Origin: Azolla caroliniana
Taxonomy: Eukaryota; Plantae; Polypodiophyta
DNA: 64,000 nucleotides
Assembly (NCBI GenBank): GCA_043228905.1
Contig: JBHGNT010000001.1
Coordinates: 26,412,001-26,476,000 of the forward strand
Direction: 5' to 3'
In this document: positions 14,001 to 28,899 of the stretch, in pieces
Numbering within the stretch: position 1 is the first letter of the stretch
Layout: each line of letters opens with the position of its first letter
Notes under the pieces: generated by a model
What the model was told of the DNA's origin: nothing
Databases searched by the model: none
What the model saw: the letters and a program-made list of their open reading frames with translations, nothing else
Program-made: the position numbers and the translations under genes

Positions 14001-17000
14001 TACTGCTGCACGATGGATCTCTTGCAAGGTTCCACCAGGTTTGTAAAACTTTAGGCATTCTTTAAATGTTGCCAAAACAACTTCATAAATATCTTTCTGC
14101 ATAGAAAAAAATTTAAACCATCAAGATGCATTAGAGAACATGGTGTTAAGACGATTCAAGAATAGCATTTGATGCATCCTCTGTAGTAAATTGTTCCAGC
14201 TACTCTCCCATTCGTTTACATGAGATTTGGACTATTCCTTTTATAGAAAAGCTCATTGAGAGATTCTGAACTTACAAATGCAGTATTCTAATACCAAAAG
14301 AGAACTTTCTGTGAGGAGTTAGAACTTTGTGATGTTAGTTGTGCCTCTATAAGTCTGCGATATCAATGTTAGTTTGGCTGTGCATCTCAGTCTATGAGAT
14401 TAATCTTTGGCCTATGGATATCAAATGGCACTATCCAAGTGCCTATGTATCACAAAGATTAATAATTATATCATTTATTAATTCTTATTGATATATATAT
14501 CCAGCTAACTATTAGCTTAAAGAGGCATCACCTGAGCATTAGAAATAATTCCGGAAGGGGACCATGTGCGAGTTATATCGCTGACATACCCATAATATTC
14601 ACATCCCGCATCCATCAGTACCATTTCGCCTTCTCGAACCTGCATTTTTATTTGATGTTATCTTTCGGCTCTTGCAATGAGTACACATATAGTTATATAT
14701 TCTAATTGAGTGACCATATACATTAGCAAGTGGTAGTATAATCAACCAGATACCAACAATCAAGTAGTAATACGATATGGAAAGAGACTTTAATAGATGG
14801 TTAGTTAAACTCTACTCTGGCATGTCGATTGATTGCTTTAAACATTTATTGTTAAGAGTTGGGACAACCTAAGATGACATAATCCCTCAAGACCTAATAT
14901 GATACTATGCCACGAATACAAGAGAGAAGATAAAACAATGACAAGATCTTTACATTCAGATATACAAAGACACAAAACACGGGATTTAATGAATACTAAC
15001 ATTTATTGTTAATAGTCACGACACCCTTAGATGAGCTAATCCCTTCAGACCTAATATGATACTACACCATGACCACAAGAAATAAGATAACCAATGACAA
15101 GATCTCAACACAATGACACTAGAGTCAGACATGCGAAGAGACAGTACACAGGATTTAACCAACAATGCTGTAGATGATAACTTCACCATTCACAATAGTA
15201 GATACATTGCCAGGTACAGGAGTTCTCCATCTCACTCTACAAAGCTCTACAGATTAAAGAAGACCTGCCCCTTCCAAGTCCTGAGACTCTCATATTTAGA
15301 CTTTGACTTTGAGAGCCAGCTCACTTGGCTTTTCCTGCTTGTGTGTCTTATTTAGATTCTTTACCAGCACCACAATAGTAGGTTGGCATTCACGATAATC
15401 ATTGAACATATTGCTCATCACCCGTGAGAAAACCTAATAAAAGTGATACATGCACACTCTTATTCTGATTGAATCTACATGCCCTGCCATTACAAAGACT
15501 TTTAAAGATATCTGTATATATTTCTGTCACACTAAGAACATTTATATGGAATTTTTAAACACTACCATTACCAAGATTCCTAGACTCCCATATTGGATGC
15601 TTATTTAATTTTCTGTATCAGACCCACTCATGACAGAGACCAGATGGAAGTGAGGCCCCACTCCTTTTATTACAACTTCATTCAATGTTGACTTGGTATT
15701 AGTATTTATACCTCAAATTAGAAACAAGACTACATATCAGAATTAAACATTTGCAGTGTCTCTAACTTCGCATGTTTCCAATGTGAGGACAACCAAAAAC
15801 ATCTAGGATAAAAATCTATAAGAACGAAAATGGATGGTATGGACATCATTTTAGATGTTCTGTAAGAAAAAAATGATACTGGTATAATGCCTTGATACTT
15901 TACATGGCACTGTATAGAAACAAAATAATACTAACATATGAAACCACGCATATTCAGGAGGACAACAAATACCGGTTGATCATTTCGAGAATAATGAATG
16001 ACTGTTGAATTTACTCCTGCTGCAACAACTGGTGGGAAACTGTTAAAAGTACATGTTTTTGCAACTGATATTAATTTAGATTGAAAACATGTAGAAGCAG
16101 ATTGATGTAAGTAAAACCTATGTATCTAAATGATCAAAAATTATGCTAACAATGCAGATGCCTGTGTGAATACACACTCAAAATGCCTCTATCTCTATCA
16201 TTAACCAGCTTTTTGCAATAATCCGGCAGTCAACTATATTCCGCTACTAAACAAGATACAATCAGCAATATGGTGGTTGTCACCACAATGAATTCATTTG
16301 AATTCTCCTAAACTATTATCCAAGAGTGTGAAGAGAAACTTTTGAACATAAACTAAGGTTGCAAGAAAAGACCCTTAATTTTAATAGAAGAGAAAGATAC
16401 AAATTCAGCTATGACTTGGAAGATTCAGGGTGGAGATTCACTGTAAAACATTAAAAAGGCAAATCAGGATCACTCTAATCAACATCTGGACAGCGCACCT
16501 GATACATATTCAGACTATCAATTAAACAATTAAAAGATAATATATATGAGTCTTACAGCTTCACTTGAAGCTCCAAAATACGAAAATATTTGTATCCTAA
16601 GAACAAAGGACAGCAACATCACTTATATATATTAATGAATCTTTTTCTACCTATATAATTACCACAGAAGAAGAGATGAGTACAAATACTCACGCCATAC
16701 GCTGAGCTCCTTTAATTTTACACTCATACTCTATAGTAGCTGCTAAAAGATGCTCATGCATCCTTGTCCGAGACACCTTCATGGTTTGCAAAAATGCCTA
16801 CAGTATTCACAAGATGAGTTCTTTTGTAAGCAAGTATCGGACATACTAAACTAAGTACATGCTTAACATGAAATGAAATGAAAATTCTTTTTGCACACTC
16901 TAGATACTTTGTCTAGGAGCCAATCATCTATACATGAATGACAATGTGAAATTTCATGTATGTGCAAATGTTACACGAATCACTACATTGAATCATTATA

Positions 17001-20000
17001 TGTAAAGTGATGTACATTATCAAATACACCCACATATCAGGATGTCTATTATAAGAAAGATTGTACTCTCACCTGACAAGCAATTCCAGCTGAATGTCTT
17101 ATCAGATTAATTTCTGAAGGGGACTTAATCCAACGAGCTTCGTGACTATGTTTTTGTATACTATGAACTTTCTTTTCTTGCGTTGCCTCCTTGAAAGCTG
17201 GTAGCTGTCCAAGTTCAGAATCTGAAGGCAATTCATTGTCCACATAGACTCCCTTGGACTGTTTTAGAAGCTGGGGGAGATGCTGTAAAACCAAAACCCA
17301 CATTCTATCTATAAAGAAAACTGCGGTATACAATATAAAACATCATCAATAATAATCAAATAAGTAGAAGGTACAACAACCACGAATTAACAAATAACTA
17401 TTATTTCATGCATATATTCCATTCATGTTTTAATGACGAAATAAGAAACTTCTTTAGAACTTCAGATATTTATTTATTTATTTATTTATTTAAGAAACCT
17501 CACACCATAGTCTACTTAATAATTAATCATTTTTCCATGGATTTGAAATGGCAATAAGCACTGAAAAAAGGAACATGCAAACTTTGACAACACACTTCAT
17601 AGACTGCAACGCAAAGTACTACCATATTTGAATCTTCTAGTTACTGTTTCAAAACCTGCTTTTTTACTTTTGCTTCAATTACATTACCACCAATTTCAAA
17701 TAAACTAGCTACATGTTGTCAACTTCTTTATATGAAGAGTCATCAGTTACCTTGGATAAATCATTCATGTCATAAGCACGATCTGCTTTGAAAACAGTCA
17801 AAGCTTGAGGGGCAAGTGCTTTACGTCCTTCCCAAAATGCACCCTACAAAGAATCCAAGTTCAAGAAAATTTTCCATCCTTCAAATAATTTGAATGCACA
17901 AATTATAATCCAATTAAAATTTGGAATAATTACCAAAATACACCTCATTTTTTACGTAATTCTAGGAACACCCGTAGTATCTTCAACATTCTATAAATAA
18001 AATACCCCTCTTTTTACAAAATTCTCCAAGTACTCTTCTATCCACAATTTCCCTTTTTCTCTAGAGCAATAGTTTCATGAGAAATGAGGAGTATTCTGGT
18101 AAATGTCACTTGATATGTATACCTCTATTGGGGGGTCAGGCATAAACATGCACAGCTGGCCTGCCCCAAAAATTACTGCTATGCCTCCAGACTGTTGCGA
18201 ACCAGTATAATATAAGTAGTCAGCACTCTGGCGATATGGATACGGCACCAAAACAGTCATTTCTTTAACAGGAGCAGAATGCAATATGACTATACTTCCA
18301 GTTGGCAGTGATGACAGCAACTTTTTTCTCCTCGATGCCACTTCATCATAGGTCACACCTGGCATGATTTCACCAGGTCGCAAAACCTGCAAGATCATAC
18401 TGATCAGAAATTAACATAGATCAGATTACAAACAAGTACATTGCACATGTAACCAGGGACAATAAATATAAGAATGTCCTATGTCTACCCTGATCTACTG
18501 AATGTTTGTAATATATATTGTTGTTCATGAATGAGAGCACACGTAGTTCTAAATTATCAGAGATGCTAATACTACTTTATGCTTAGACCTGTCAGATTAT
18601 CAAAAGTCGGACCATTAGGTCATTTTAGCAAAAAACAGTGGTATGTGGACATATCTCATGAAAACTAAAGACCTATTGTTCCATGCTTTCCTAATAAAAA
18701 AACCCACTGCACAGATCCTACTTTTAATAATAATAATAATAATAATAATAATGTACATGTGATTTCCCTTTCAGATCATCTCTGGCACAGTATTTCGCCT
18801 ATGATGTCCTTGAGACTGCAATTTTAGGGGAATTGGCATTGAGATGAATTTGTGTTTTTATTTACCTTATGTGCAGCTAATTTAGCCATTATGACATTGA
18901 TACAGCCTTCTATTATAACTAGAGAGAAGAAAAACCATAACATTGTCAATTTAGGGGAATCGGCATTGAGATGAATTTGTGTTTTTATCTACCTAATGTG
19001 CAGCTAATTTAGCCATTATGACCTTGATACAGCCTTCTATTATAACTAGAGAGAAGAAAACCCATAACATAGTCAATATCAAGTTACCAGTATCATTGAG
19101 TGAGTAGCTATTATACAATTAATAGAACATTTGGCATTTTAAGCGGAAACTTCAATGCAACAAGAAATCATACAAGTCTGATGTGAAAAAATTCAAATTC
19201 GTGTTCTAGTTCTAGTTCTAGTCCTGGTCCTGGTTTGCATCAGCAATGTCCACAACAAAGAGAAATGACTTTAGATGCCTGACATGAATCCACACTGGTT
19301 GGTATGCTTGCCAGTACACCATGAGGATCACTGGTAGTACACGTGTAGAATAAATCTGTCAATTTCTGTCTCTAGGTGGATTGATCAGCATCCACCTCTT
19401 AGAGGAAAACGCAGTAATCATCTTTGATCATTGGACTCCATCACTCTACAGATAAATTCAAATCCTTCTCATGAAACAATGGTATCTTCCTCCAAACTCA
19501 TAATAGACCAGTCAATGACACATATAATGCACCTAAAATTCAATTTCCCAATTTGTAACGCTGACAGGTGCAGTCTCCAAAGCCATATGTCTATCGTGCA
19601 ATCTCTATCTTCAGTTACGATCATTGATATCCTGCCCGGCCCTATTGTTGTGCAACAGATATGTTATGGGTGTCTCCAAATACAAGCCTTGAAAAAGTTA
19701 CTACGGAGATATCCAAATCCTTATTTAAAGAGACAATGTTTTCTTCCTCTGATTTCATAATAACATAACCTTGATCTCACCAAGGTTCACTGAGAGAATT
19801 CTTTCTTCACAAAGGCACATAGATCATTTACATGTTTTTGTGCACCCTCTGGGCTCTCTGTCAAGATCAAACCAGCTGCATACAGAAGTGTGGATATGAG
19901 TAGTACCAAGTTCACTCAATCTACATGTGTAATTAGAAATCTCACTGATGCAAAGACAGAGAGAAGAAAGAAGAAAGAAAGATATATTAACGTCTTTTAA

Positions 20001-23000
20001 GAGGCCAAAATGGCCTAGAAGACCAAACAAGAGATTACATCTGAAGTGTTGTCTTGTCTTTGAGAACAACAAATCAAAAAAATAAGTAAACAATACTTCG
20101 TAAATATAAAAGTATATAAGATAAAAAGAGACAAGGGAATCTGGTTTTCAGCACATGTGAGATTATCAAGTTAGATATATTGTAGCTTTTGTCTTCGAAA
20201 GATCTCTAGCATAGGTCGATCCAGAATGGAAATATCTCCGAAGCGAGGGAAGCACCTACGATGGCGGGAGATAATGGCTTTTATCTATCGATGACAAGGG
20301 TGTCGAGGTCGTGATCCATGGGGCCGGGGTCTACGTGCACGGCAAATTGCTATTGCCGATCAATTGTAACCCCTTTGTTATGTCCTGGTCGGGAGCCCAT
20401 TTGTGTATCCCGTGATTGACTTGTAGCATTAGTAGGAGTGATGGGGCTAAAGAAAGTTGTGATTGTTCTTTGTGGATGAGCTTGTGTGGCTATATTCTTT
20501 AACAACTTTCGTTGATGTCTCTTGAGCTCTAGCAAGAAAAGTCCTAGGCACCGTCGGTCCTCATATTCCATTACATTGAGTAGTGGACCAAAGCCTTGTT
20601 TAAAGAGGCAATGGTATCTCCCTCTGATTTCATAAAAGACACTACAGTGACAAACATAGTATGCTTCGGATTCCACTCCTTGATGACACAATTGGCAAAT
20701 TCTCTCTTCTAGAGGTAGTCATGTATATCTGCCTACCTCAATCTGTAACTGATGTGATGAAGTTCACAGCTGCCATATCACACTACACATCACATAGGAT
20801 AGATGTATGTCCATATAAGGTGGCCTAATGATGAATCCATCCTCCGATGTGTGTAAGAAGTGTGTCTTATAGTGGGCCATATTTGTACCAAGTGGTATTT
20901 TGGGACTGATCCATGTTATCTTGTTTTCCAAGTTAATAATATCAGTTCGGATCACTCTATTCTTTTCCACTTTGGTCATATTTAGATGGGGACAGTCCAA
21001 GGTATATTAGAACGGGAGTAGTGCATTTATACTCATGCCATGTGACTCGAACCATTGCTGCATTTCAGCATACCAACAATGAATGTCTCCATTTTCAGCA
21101 AGTTGTCTTGATGACATAAGTGCCAACCTTGGGTACCTTTGTTGAGGGAGCTCCCAAAGATGTTGGATAAATGTCACCAATCGGAATAATGCCTCAGTGA
21201 TTATAGGTGTTGCTCCCATCTCTGCCCAAATTATATCGTGGGGCACCGATGCTTTGCTCCTTATCATGCGAGCAATCATTGACACTAAAGGTCTCTCTAA
21301 ATCTTTCCAATGATTTGCCTTGTTAAGACTTGTTCCCCATGTTCCTACTCCATAGAGAAGATTTGGTGTGACAAGTGTATCAAATAACCACAGCTTAGAA
21401 CGTGGCTCTTGGAACTACAAATGTGCACATTGTCTCTCAAGAGCACCAAGGGCTGCATATCCACGAGAAAGTCGAGCACAAGCAGCCTCCTGTAAGGAGA
21501 ACCTAGGCCCTATAAATGTTACTCCTAGGTATGTGTAGGAGCATGTGTATTCCACCTTTTCCTCTCCCAAGAAGAATTCTGATTCTGATCTTGTTACCCA
21601 TGCTTGAGTGGTGTTAAACACCATCACTTTAGTTTTATCCATGTTGATTGACAAACCTTTGTCCGTACAAAATAGGTTTAAGGCATTTAGATGTCTTTGT
21701 AGTCCCTCTAGAGAGTCAGAAATCAGCACAATATCATCAGCATATAGTAATATTTGATAGCTATACCTGCTAGGTGTGCTTCCCAACCCCCGAATCTCTC
21801 TATGTAATGTACCTCATCTATATAGAGACCAAAGAGAGTGGGTGATAGTGGGCATCCTTGCTTCACTCCGATTGTGCTAGCCACCGCCTCTGACAAACCC
21901 TTGGATACAGGACATCCTTGTTTACCCTAACGGTGCTGATCAACTTGTCTAATGCTCCTCTTGGAGCCTTAACCTTCCTTGACATCATCTCATAAAGTTT
22001 ATAAATCCCAGCTGCATATCCTTTGGTACCTCAATAATTTGTTGTTATTGCATAAATTTAGCTCGTGGCACTGTGTCAAAGGCTTCACAAAAACCTGCAA
22101 AGTAGCAATATATATTCCAATGGGCTCTGCTGTCTTCAACAAGAGCCCATGACTTCAATATGAGGTTCATGGTGGCCCTTGAGCTAGATGTCCATCTAGT
22201 CAGGAATCCCTAACAATTAACTTATTAAGTATATGCACAAGAAGTGGAGCCAAGGTATCAGGCACATACAAAAAAGTTTTCCTACCAAGCCCAGATGGTC
22301 TTAGGCTTTCCTATTCTACTGTTTTCCAATTGCATTCATCAACATCTGGCAAGTGAAACACATATAGGAAATTGGCATGTCTTGTGAAGATGGAAGAGTA
22401 GGCTGCCATAGTATATCGATAAAGTTTCTTCAAAAGCACATTTCAACGCTCTAGGAAATCAGTGCTATGGTATTTGTTTGTCATGAGACATCTTCCAAGC
22501 CCTCTTGTGCTGGTATTAAAGGCTCTTTAGGTTTCTCTAACAAAACTAGAAGACAAGTTTATATTATTTAATATATTCTAATTCTTGTTAAAAGTTGTAT
22601 GGTCTCGTTTCAAAGCTGTACTACAACTTCTAAAAGAATATTTTTTGTAGTTTGAATGGGATCCTTGCACAAGATTCTACTCAGCATTAAATAGGTATTT
22701 ATGAGGCCATAACTTAGCTGTCATATCAATATTTAAAGCTCTTCTTCTAAGAGCATATATGTGTGTGTGTGTGTGTGCGCGCACTCCTACCTTGTATATT
22801 CTTTTAAGCAATAGGCTTTTGTTTTGCAAAATTGCTTCTATTACTTTAATCCCAACTATATGTTAAACCCCGTAATTGTTTTTAGTTTCTATATCCCTGT
22901 CTTTAGATATTTCAGAAAACTGTCATTCTATCTTCTACTTCCTTATATCTTGCTATCTTGACTCAAAAAAATATGATGAATCTCTGTTCCACCATACCAA

Positions 23001-26000
23001 AGAATGCTCTCTTCTGTCTCCCTATAAGGCATTGAAATATTGATCTCGCATGCTTACATGTTCATGTTTTTCTACATTCAACATTGTACCTAGTATGATG
23101 TGGGGCTGCCCTATGTTAGCAATAAGAACTGGCGTTATTGTGACAAAAGACATAGCTGGCCAATATAGATAGTATTTCTGAACACTGTTCAATTGTATAC
23201 TTGAGCTACCTCTGAGATATATCGTCATTTAGGGTATCTTGTCATGTTCATTGTATCAACATTTTCAGGTCATTCCCCTTCAACAGTGAGTTTCAAATTT
23301 GAACAATTAGCAGATGATATCAATTGGGATAAAGCATTTATCAAAGTAACCTACATGGAAAACATGAAATTATCTGCATCTTTTGATTAGATTGACCAAC
23401 AGAAGTCTGCAATATGATTTAAAGGTGGAAATAAGATTGCAACCAGAGGCTCATAGTCAATCCAGATATTCTCACCAAGTCCAACAGACCTTGATCTATT
23501 TATATTATCTTTCTATGCATACGTGGATAGATATATCTCTATTCACCTCTGGATGAGTTTCAGGAATCGGCTGCCCAGCATCCAAATCCACTACTGCAGC
23601 AGTTGACAAATCTCTAGAAAGAACCATGGTTCTCAGCAGTCTAATGTCAACCTGCACATCACCAATCAATAAGCATTATCAAAAGATCCAAATCCTCCTG
23701 GAACCAAAAGTGCACCTGAAAAGCATATAGTACTAGACCCACTTTAGTTCAAACTATAAATATAAAGCATGAAATTGGCTAAAACTTCTTCTAGTTAATT
23801 CTCTATAATTTATCAAAATATTTCTGCTATGTATTTTGAATAAAGAATATTGAAACAAAATAGATTTGCATGGTCATGGGCGAGATTGTTTCTACATGCA
23901 CAGTTTCTAGATATAAAATCAGCCACCCAATAGCCTTCCAGGGTAAGTTTATGTCATACATTCATCACATCAAAATAATTTTATACATTGTATACACGCC
24001 CATAGAGACACTAGTATGAAGTGGAATTTCAAATTTTTTTAGTTGTGGAACAACTTAAAATTTCAGGGTTTTTCAATTAAAAATTTGGGCTTTTGTATAT
24101 AACCACCTTACAGAAGCCATAACCACCTTACATGAATTGAGCCTTACATATAGTCTCCTACATTAAAAATAAGCCTACCTATGCCGCATATTCACCAGAT
24201 TTAAGTTAAATCGTGCAGCTCCCTTCAACTTTCTAAGTTAAGCCATGCAATGGGTCAACCTAATTGCCTCAGAATGCAATGTCACCAATTGAAGGCACTT
24301 GGCAAAGAAAGTTTGATTCTGGATACAATTCTCTCTCGTTGATGAATTAAGGTTCCTTGCATATTTATACATAGATGTTGCACTTCTCTGGCTACACTGT
24401 TGTACCTCGCCCAAATACCTCAAGGATGCTAAAGAAGCTCGTAGAAGATTGAACGATGATTCTACAACCACTATAATTGATAGTTTGGTTAATGTTTTGA
24501 ATGAGAAAATAACTCAATGTGTCAGGTTGATATAAATGACCACACAAAAAAATAACATGCTAATGAATATTGGGACATGCTAATATCATCATGTAAGATG
24601 AGAAAGCTTACCCAAGAAGAGCAAGAAACTATGTACAATATGCAAGCAACCATTAATTTGCATAGGTATGCATAATTGGAAAGTGTGAAGTTCTTACTTT
24701 TAGCAATAATTAAGGTAGTTGGAAATGGAGGTCTTATATTCCTTCATTTTAACATGCTTTGCACACGAACAGAATGCCAAATTGAACATTAGTTCATGGA
24801 TGCACATCTCAAGCAAAATGGAAGAGATATTTCTGCAATATTATTTGTGACTGATTGGACATTGGCTCCACACCCATGATAATATTTATCGCATGTTTCA
24901 TTCAGACCATTATAGTGTGTCCCGCACATGTAGCATATATTTTAGACATTCTCATATTGTTTCAAGAGGGTCTGTCACCAGGAGCTGTTATTTCTGTTCT
25001 CTTTGTAGAATTGTTTAATTATTTGCGTTTTACTTGCTCCTCAAAATTCTTGAAATTGGGCACAACAAGAATGGCTGTTCAATGTGAAAAAGTCAAGAGC
25101 CAATGGTCATTAGACCATAGGAAACCATTGTTGGCAGGCCCTGGATTAGCACGTATTCAATCCAGTTAGCATTGGATTCTTATATGGGTGGAGGTGAGTT
25201 TAGTTGTAAAGTTGTGCCTGATAAATTCACTTTAAGTGAAGCCCTCCACAAAACCTTCACCTAAAAGTTATAAGTGAGAGAACTAAGATATTTTTTTGAA
25301 GTGATGGAAAATCAATTTTCAATTTTGAAGGGAAAAGGGAATTATGTTCAAGAGCCAAAAATCTGCATAAATCATGGCTTAAACTAATACCTGTCTTTCT
25401 AGGTTTTGAGATCTATCTTATTATATTATCCTCTATTATTAGTTAAGAAAGAATACCCAGAGGTTGGGGCAGCCTTTGGGGGGCAACTGGTGTCGAATTC
25501 TTTGTGCAAGCGCAATATAGTCGTGGATGCGAAATGAAGCCATAGTGAGTTCAAAATCTTAATTAATCTTTCATTGTTTGAATGAAACTCCTCCAGTGGT
25601 GAAATTAAGCAAATTTGGTGGTTCCATTGGGACTTTACTTCAATCTGAAAGTTCCTTATGTCAGATTCATGATTCCATAAATGGGATTTGATCATTTGTT
25701 TCCTCAAAAAGTGGCACACAGTTAGGTATAGATCGAAGTATACATAAAAGAAAGAGTTTTCAGCCAATGGCCGACCAGAGACAAGATGATAAGGAGGTTA
25801 AAACTGGACCTTTTTGGTATGGATGAAATGTTTCATTGAGAAATCAGTGAGCAAATTGTTTATCCAATAATTTCACCACCCTTTTCACAGCCTGGTTACT
25901 CAAATGGGTTCAAAGCCGTAGATCTAATTCCTAAATGTTTCCAATCCTATATGCCAACAAATGTATTGGGATCAATGCAAACTACCGTAACAAATTCAAT

Positions 26001-27523
26001 GTACAGATATTGGGATTCAACCAGGTTTTCAAGGGGCTTCTGGGAATATTGTAAACCCTGACAGATATTTTGCACCAAATACTTTAGCTCAACCATACGC
26101 AGGCAGCGCTAATATAGCTGGAAGCAGTAAAAACCATTCATACAAGGAGGGCTTACAAATGACTAATCGTGGAGCGCCATTTTCACAAACACCTATTTAT
26201 GACCACTTGACACCTTCAAAGAAAGCAAAGAATTATGCAGACGGATTGCAGCAATAAAGCATGAAATGTTCAGCAGTATGCAAGATAAATTCGAAGGCTT
26301 TACCTTCTATAAAGAATTTGACATAACTACTACAAGGTGGAACTTCACTGAGTCCTAAAAATTGAGCAATGCAGCCACCTTCTTGAAGGGTAATACATTG
26401 CAATGGTGGAACAATTTCTTCGTGCAGGGTCAGGCACCTTCTTCATGGATCCAGTTAAAACAAGTTTCATCGTCTTCGTGATTTATAAACACTCGGCCTC
26501 CTAAAATTGGTCAATCAATCACCATGCTATTTTAATCACTGACTTCTCCTGGGTAAAATGCTTAGTCATGATTCTCAACCAATCATAACAACTAATTGTG
26601 GATTGGCTTCAATACTATTTCATTTCATGGATCGATCCTTTATTTTATCTATCCATTCACTTCCATTTACTACATCACCCCCCTTATGAACTAACCCTCA
26701 AGGCTAAATCCAATCATATCAAATAACCAATAAACTTCAACATCCACTTATCTAATTGATGGGCCAGCCTTGATCACTTCCATTCATCACAGTCACATCG
26801 TCTTGAGTCTTGGTGTCTTGATCCTCAACCAATCACATTGACTGGCAACCAATGTTTCAACAATCACCATTAAAATTGATGAAACACTTATTTCATCTTT
26901 CCAACCAACTTCCCAGGATTCCTCAACCAATCATATCTACTAAGTAATGATAGGTTTAACAATCACTGATCTTATCAATAGATCACTTATAGCATCGATA
27001 TGATCAATTCACATTCATCATATGTGTACATCATCTGCGTATTAATATATTTAAAAACTCTGAAGCTTGTTTCTATTTATTTCCACATTCACTCCTATTG
27101 AGTGAATGAACATTAACGGAGGAAAATGTGTGATTTGATGTTTTCACCTCATGGAACACTTGCAACCCCAAGAGCTAGAAAAATGATCCAGAACGGTTAA
27201 TAATATACTCTTAGGAAAAAAAAACACTAACTTGCTACACATGATCATTCAATTTTTCAATTGCCCGACATCATCAGGTACTTTGTATGATGACCTTAAC
27301 AATGATGAAAAATTAGAGCATCTATATTATTTAGGAACCCTACCATAGTATCAATATGCCAAATTTTTTTGTTTTCTTGACATTTGATCAGAGCGGAAGG
27401 TGAAAAACTAACCGTATCTCTCTGACGGCCGTATGAGAAGAAGGATTTCCTCTGTATCTGTTTCTTCGTGTGCTGCAGGGTGCGTGAAGATGCAGACAAA
27501 ACACCGCGCAGACGAGATGCCAT
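9754..27523 (-). CDS. ICP55: Xaa-Pro aminopeptidase (M24B), mitochondrial intermediate cleaving peptidase 55-like; 14 exons: 27523-27413, 23651-23547, 18386-18123, 17843-17751, 17282-17073, 16797-16694, 16039-15973, 14639-14532, 14096-14004, 13227-13143, 12445-12375, 11658-11603, 10920-10860, 9867-9754
   Basis: R/S-rich presequence [14 protein letters not shown], then [85 protein letters not shown] and [13 protein letters not shown] (M24 metal ligands D, D, H, E, E). All introns are GT-AG and in phase. The exact last exon and stop are less certain. Confidence 0.93.
10981..11022. repeat. (TA)n microsatellite in ICP55 intron
   Basis: About 21 TA units read directly. Confidence 0.95.
14840..15160. 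repeat. Degenerate ~155-bp direct duplication, possibly a decayed LTR fragment
   Basis: AACATTTATTGTTAA...AGACCTAATATGATACTA...AAGATAA...ATGACAAGATCT occurs at ~14840 and ~14998. Confidence 0.5.
18819..19077. repeat. Near-perfect 128-bp tandem duplication in ICP55 intron 2
   Basis: CAATTTTAGGGGAATTGGCATTGAGATG...CCATAACA starts at 18819 and again at 18947. Confidence 0.9.
20150..21900 (-). mobile_element. 5'-truncated, degenerate LINE (RTE/RTE-X-like) in ICP55 intron 2
   Basis: Minus-strand RT motifs [18 protein letters not shown] (~21870-21815), LLYADDIVL and YTYLGV. C-terminal IEVGRY...[20 protein letters not shown] Cys/His motif. Stops and frameshifts are present and the boundaries are approximate. 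Confidence 0.85.
21900..22650 (-). mobile_element. Second, older LINE RT fragment adjacent to the first
   Basis: A second GVKQGCP motif at ~21930-21905 and an AFDTVPR-like motif at ~22085-22060, heavily degenerate. Confidence 0.55.
26180..26480 (+). mobile_element. Decayed retrotransposon gag fragment in ICP55 intron 1
   Basis: Translation [35 protein letters not shown] resembles the Retrotrans_gag L.G.A..WW...W..LK pattern. Confidence 0.55.
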
Positions 27524-27698
27524 AGTTTAGCTCAGCTCAGGCCGGCTCGGCTCTGCGAGTTTTTCTCCCTGCTAAACCCTAGAAAAACCTCCTCTGTATT
27601 GCTGACTATTTAATGAAATGTTAATGAATTTGCAGATATAGCTCCTGTGACTTTGAAAGTCGTTGATAAATTACAATTTTACAAATAATACATAATAG

Positions 27699-28350
27699 CA
27701 TAGTATGACCCATACGTGCATTCGCGTGTACGAATGTGTCAAAGTTACCCACCCTCGAAGAATGGTAAATACCATACTTTTGGATTCACTATTTACAGAA
27801 ATTACAGAAATTATTTCAAAATTATAGAAATTACTTCAAAATTATACAGATTACAGAAATTGCTTCCAAATTATAGAAATTACAGAAATTACAAAAGTTA
27901 CAAAGAAATTACAGAAATTTTATAGAAATTACAAAAAAATTATAAAAATTACAGAAAATTTACATAAATTTTTGTACCACATACTACATACTATGACCTA
28001 AAGTTTAAAACTTTAAACTTTAAACCCTATTATTAACCCTAAACACACCTAGATGGGAGAGGCGGGCAGCTTGGTGTCTCGTTGGTATGCAAAAATTAAT
28101 GGTGGGGAAGATGCACTATGCAAGGCTCAAGCAACAGATCATTGAAGGCTAGATGGGAGAGGAGAGGAGCTCATCATCACGTTGATGTGTAGAAACTGAT
28201 GGCGCGAGAAGTTGTGCATGTGTGAGCAAAAGGAAAATATAACTGTTTTGGAAAAAAAAAAACACGAATATTTGAATAACATACGCATTTGTTTGCCAAC
28301 ATATGAAAACGAATGTTATGGTAGACAAATGCATATATTTACATACTATG
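27699..28350. mobile_element. hAT-type non-autonomous element (652 bp) in the ICP55 upstream region
   Basis: TIR CATAGTATG at 27699 and CATACTATG ending at 28350, extending imperfectly to ~25 bp. Exact 8-bp TSD CATAATAG at 27691-27698 and 28351-28358. Internal (AAATTACAG)n-like array at ~27790-27970. Confidence 0.8.
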
Positions 28351-28899
28351 CATAATAGGGTTTTGAGAGTACTCTCTCTCTCTTATCGTAATTAGTTTAC
28401 CCTAGTGGTAAGTTGTTACACTACTAGTGCTCACTACATCTACTAGATGCCACTGTGGAACATAGGGATTGAACCCATGACCTCTCGGTCTCCATTGGGA
28501 CCTTCCATTTGGGCAAACTCTCTTCTCAATTTTACCTTTGTATCATAATGACATGATAATAGAAGACTTATGCTATCTTTAATTCACAATATCAAGGTAA
28601 ACCGCTAATCAATGACTAGAATTTCACAATTTTTGGACATTTTTCCCCTAATAAATGACTGGAATGTCACTAAATTTTTTGCTTGTTAAGTTTCTTAAAA
28701 ATTGGTTTTATTGCTATTTGAAAACGTAGTTTGAAATATTAGGGTTTTTGCAACAACCAAGATAAAAATAATGTTCAAATGGTTTAGGGTTTTCTATTAA
28801 AATGTCAAAATGGATTGTATAACTTTATTAAATCTATTAAAATGTTAAAAATGGAACAAAATCTGATAAAAATGTAAATGATCACAAATGTGGGGGAGG

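Noticed and set aside
19431-20093. Intronic ORFs of 89-109 aa
   Set aside because: No motifs were recognised. They are probably decayed repeat or random intron sequence.
28440-28500. tRNA-like B-box (rev-comp GAGGTCATGGGTTCAATCCC)
   Set aside because: No cloverleaf or clear A-box. At most a decayed SINE fragment, so it was not called as a tRNA.
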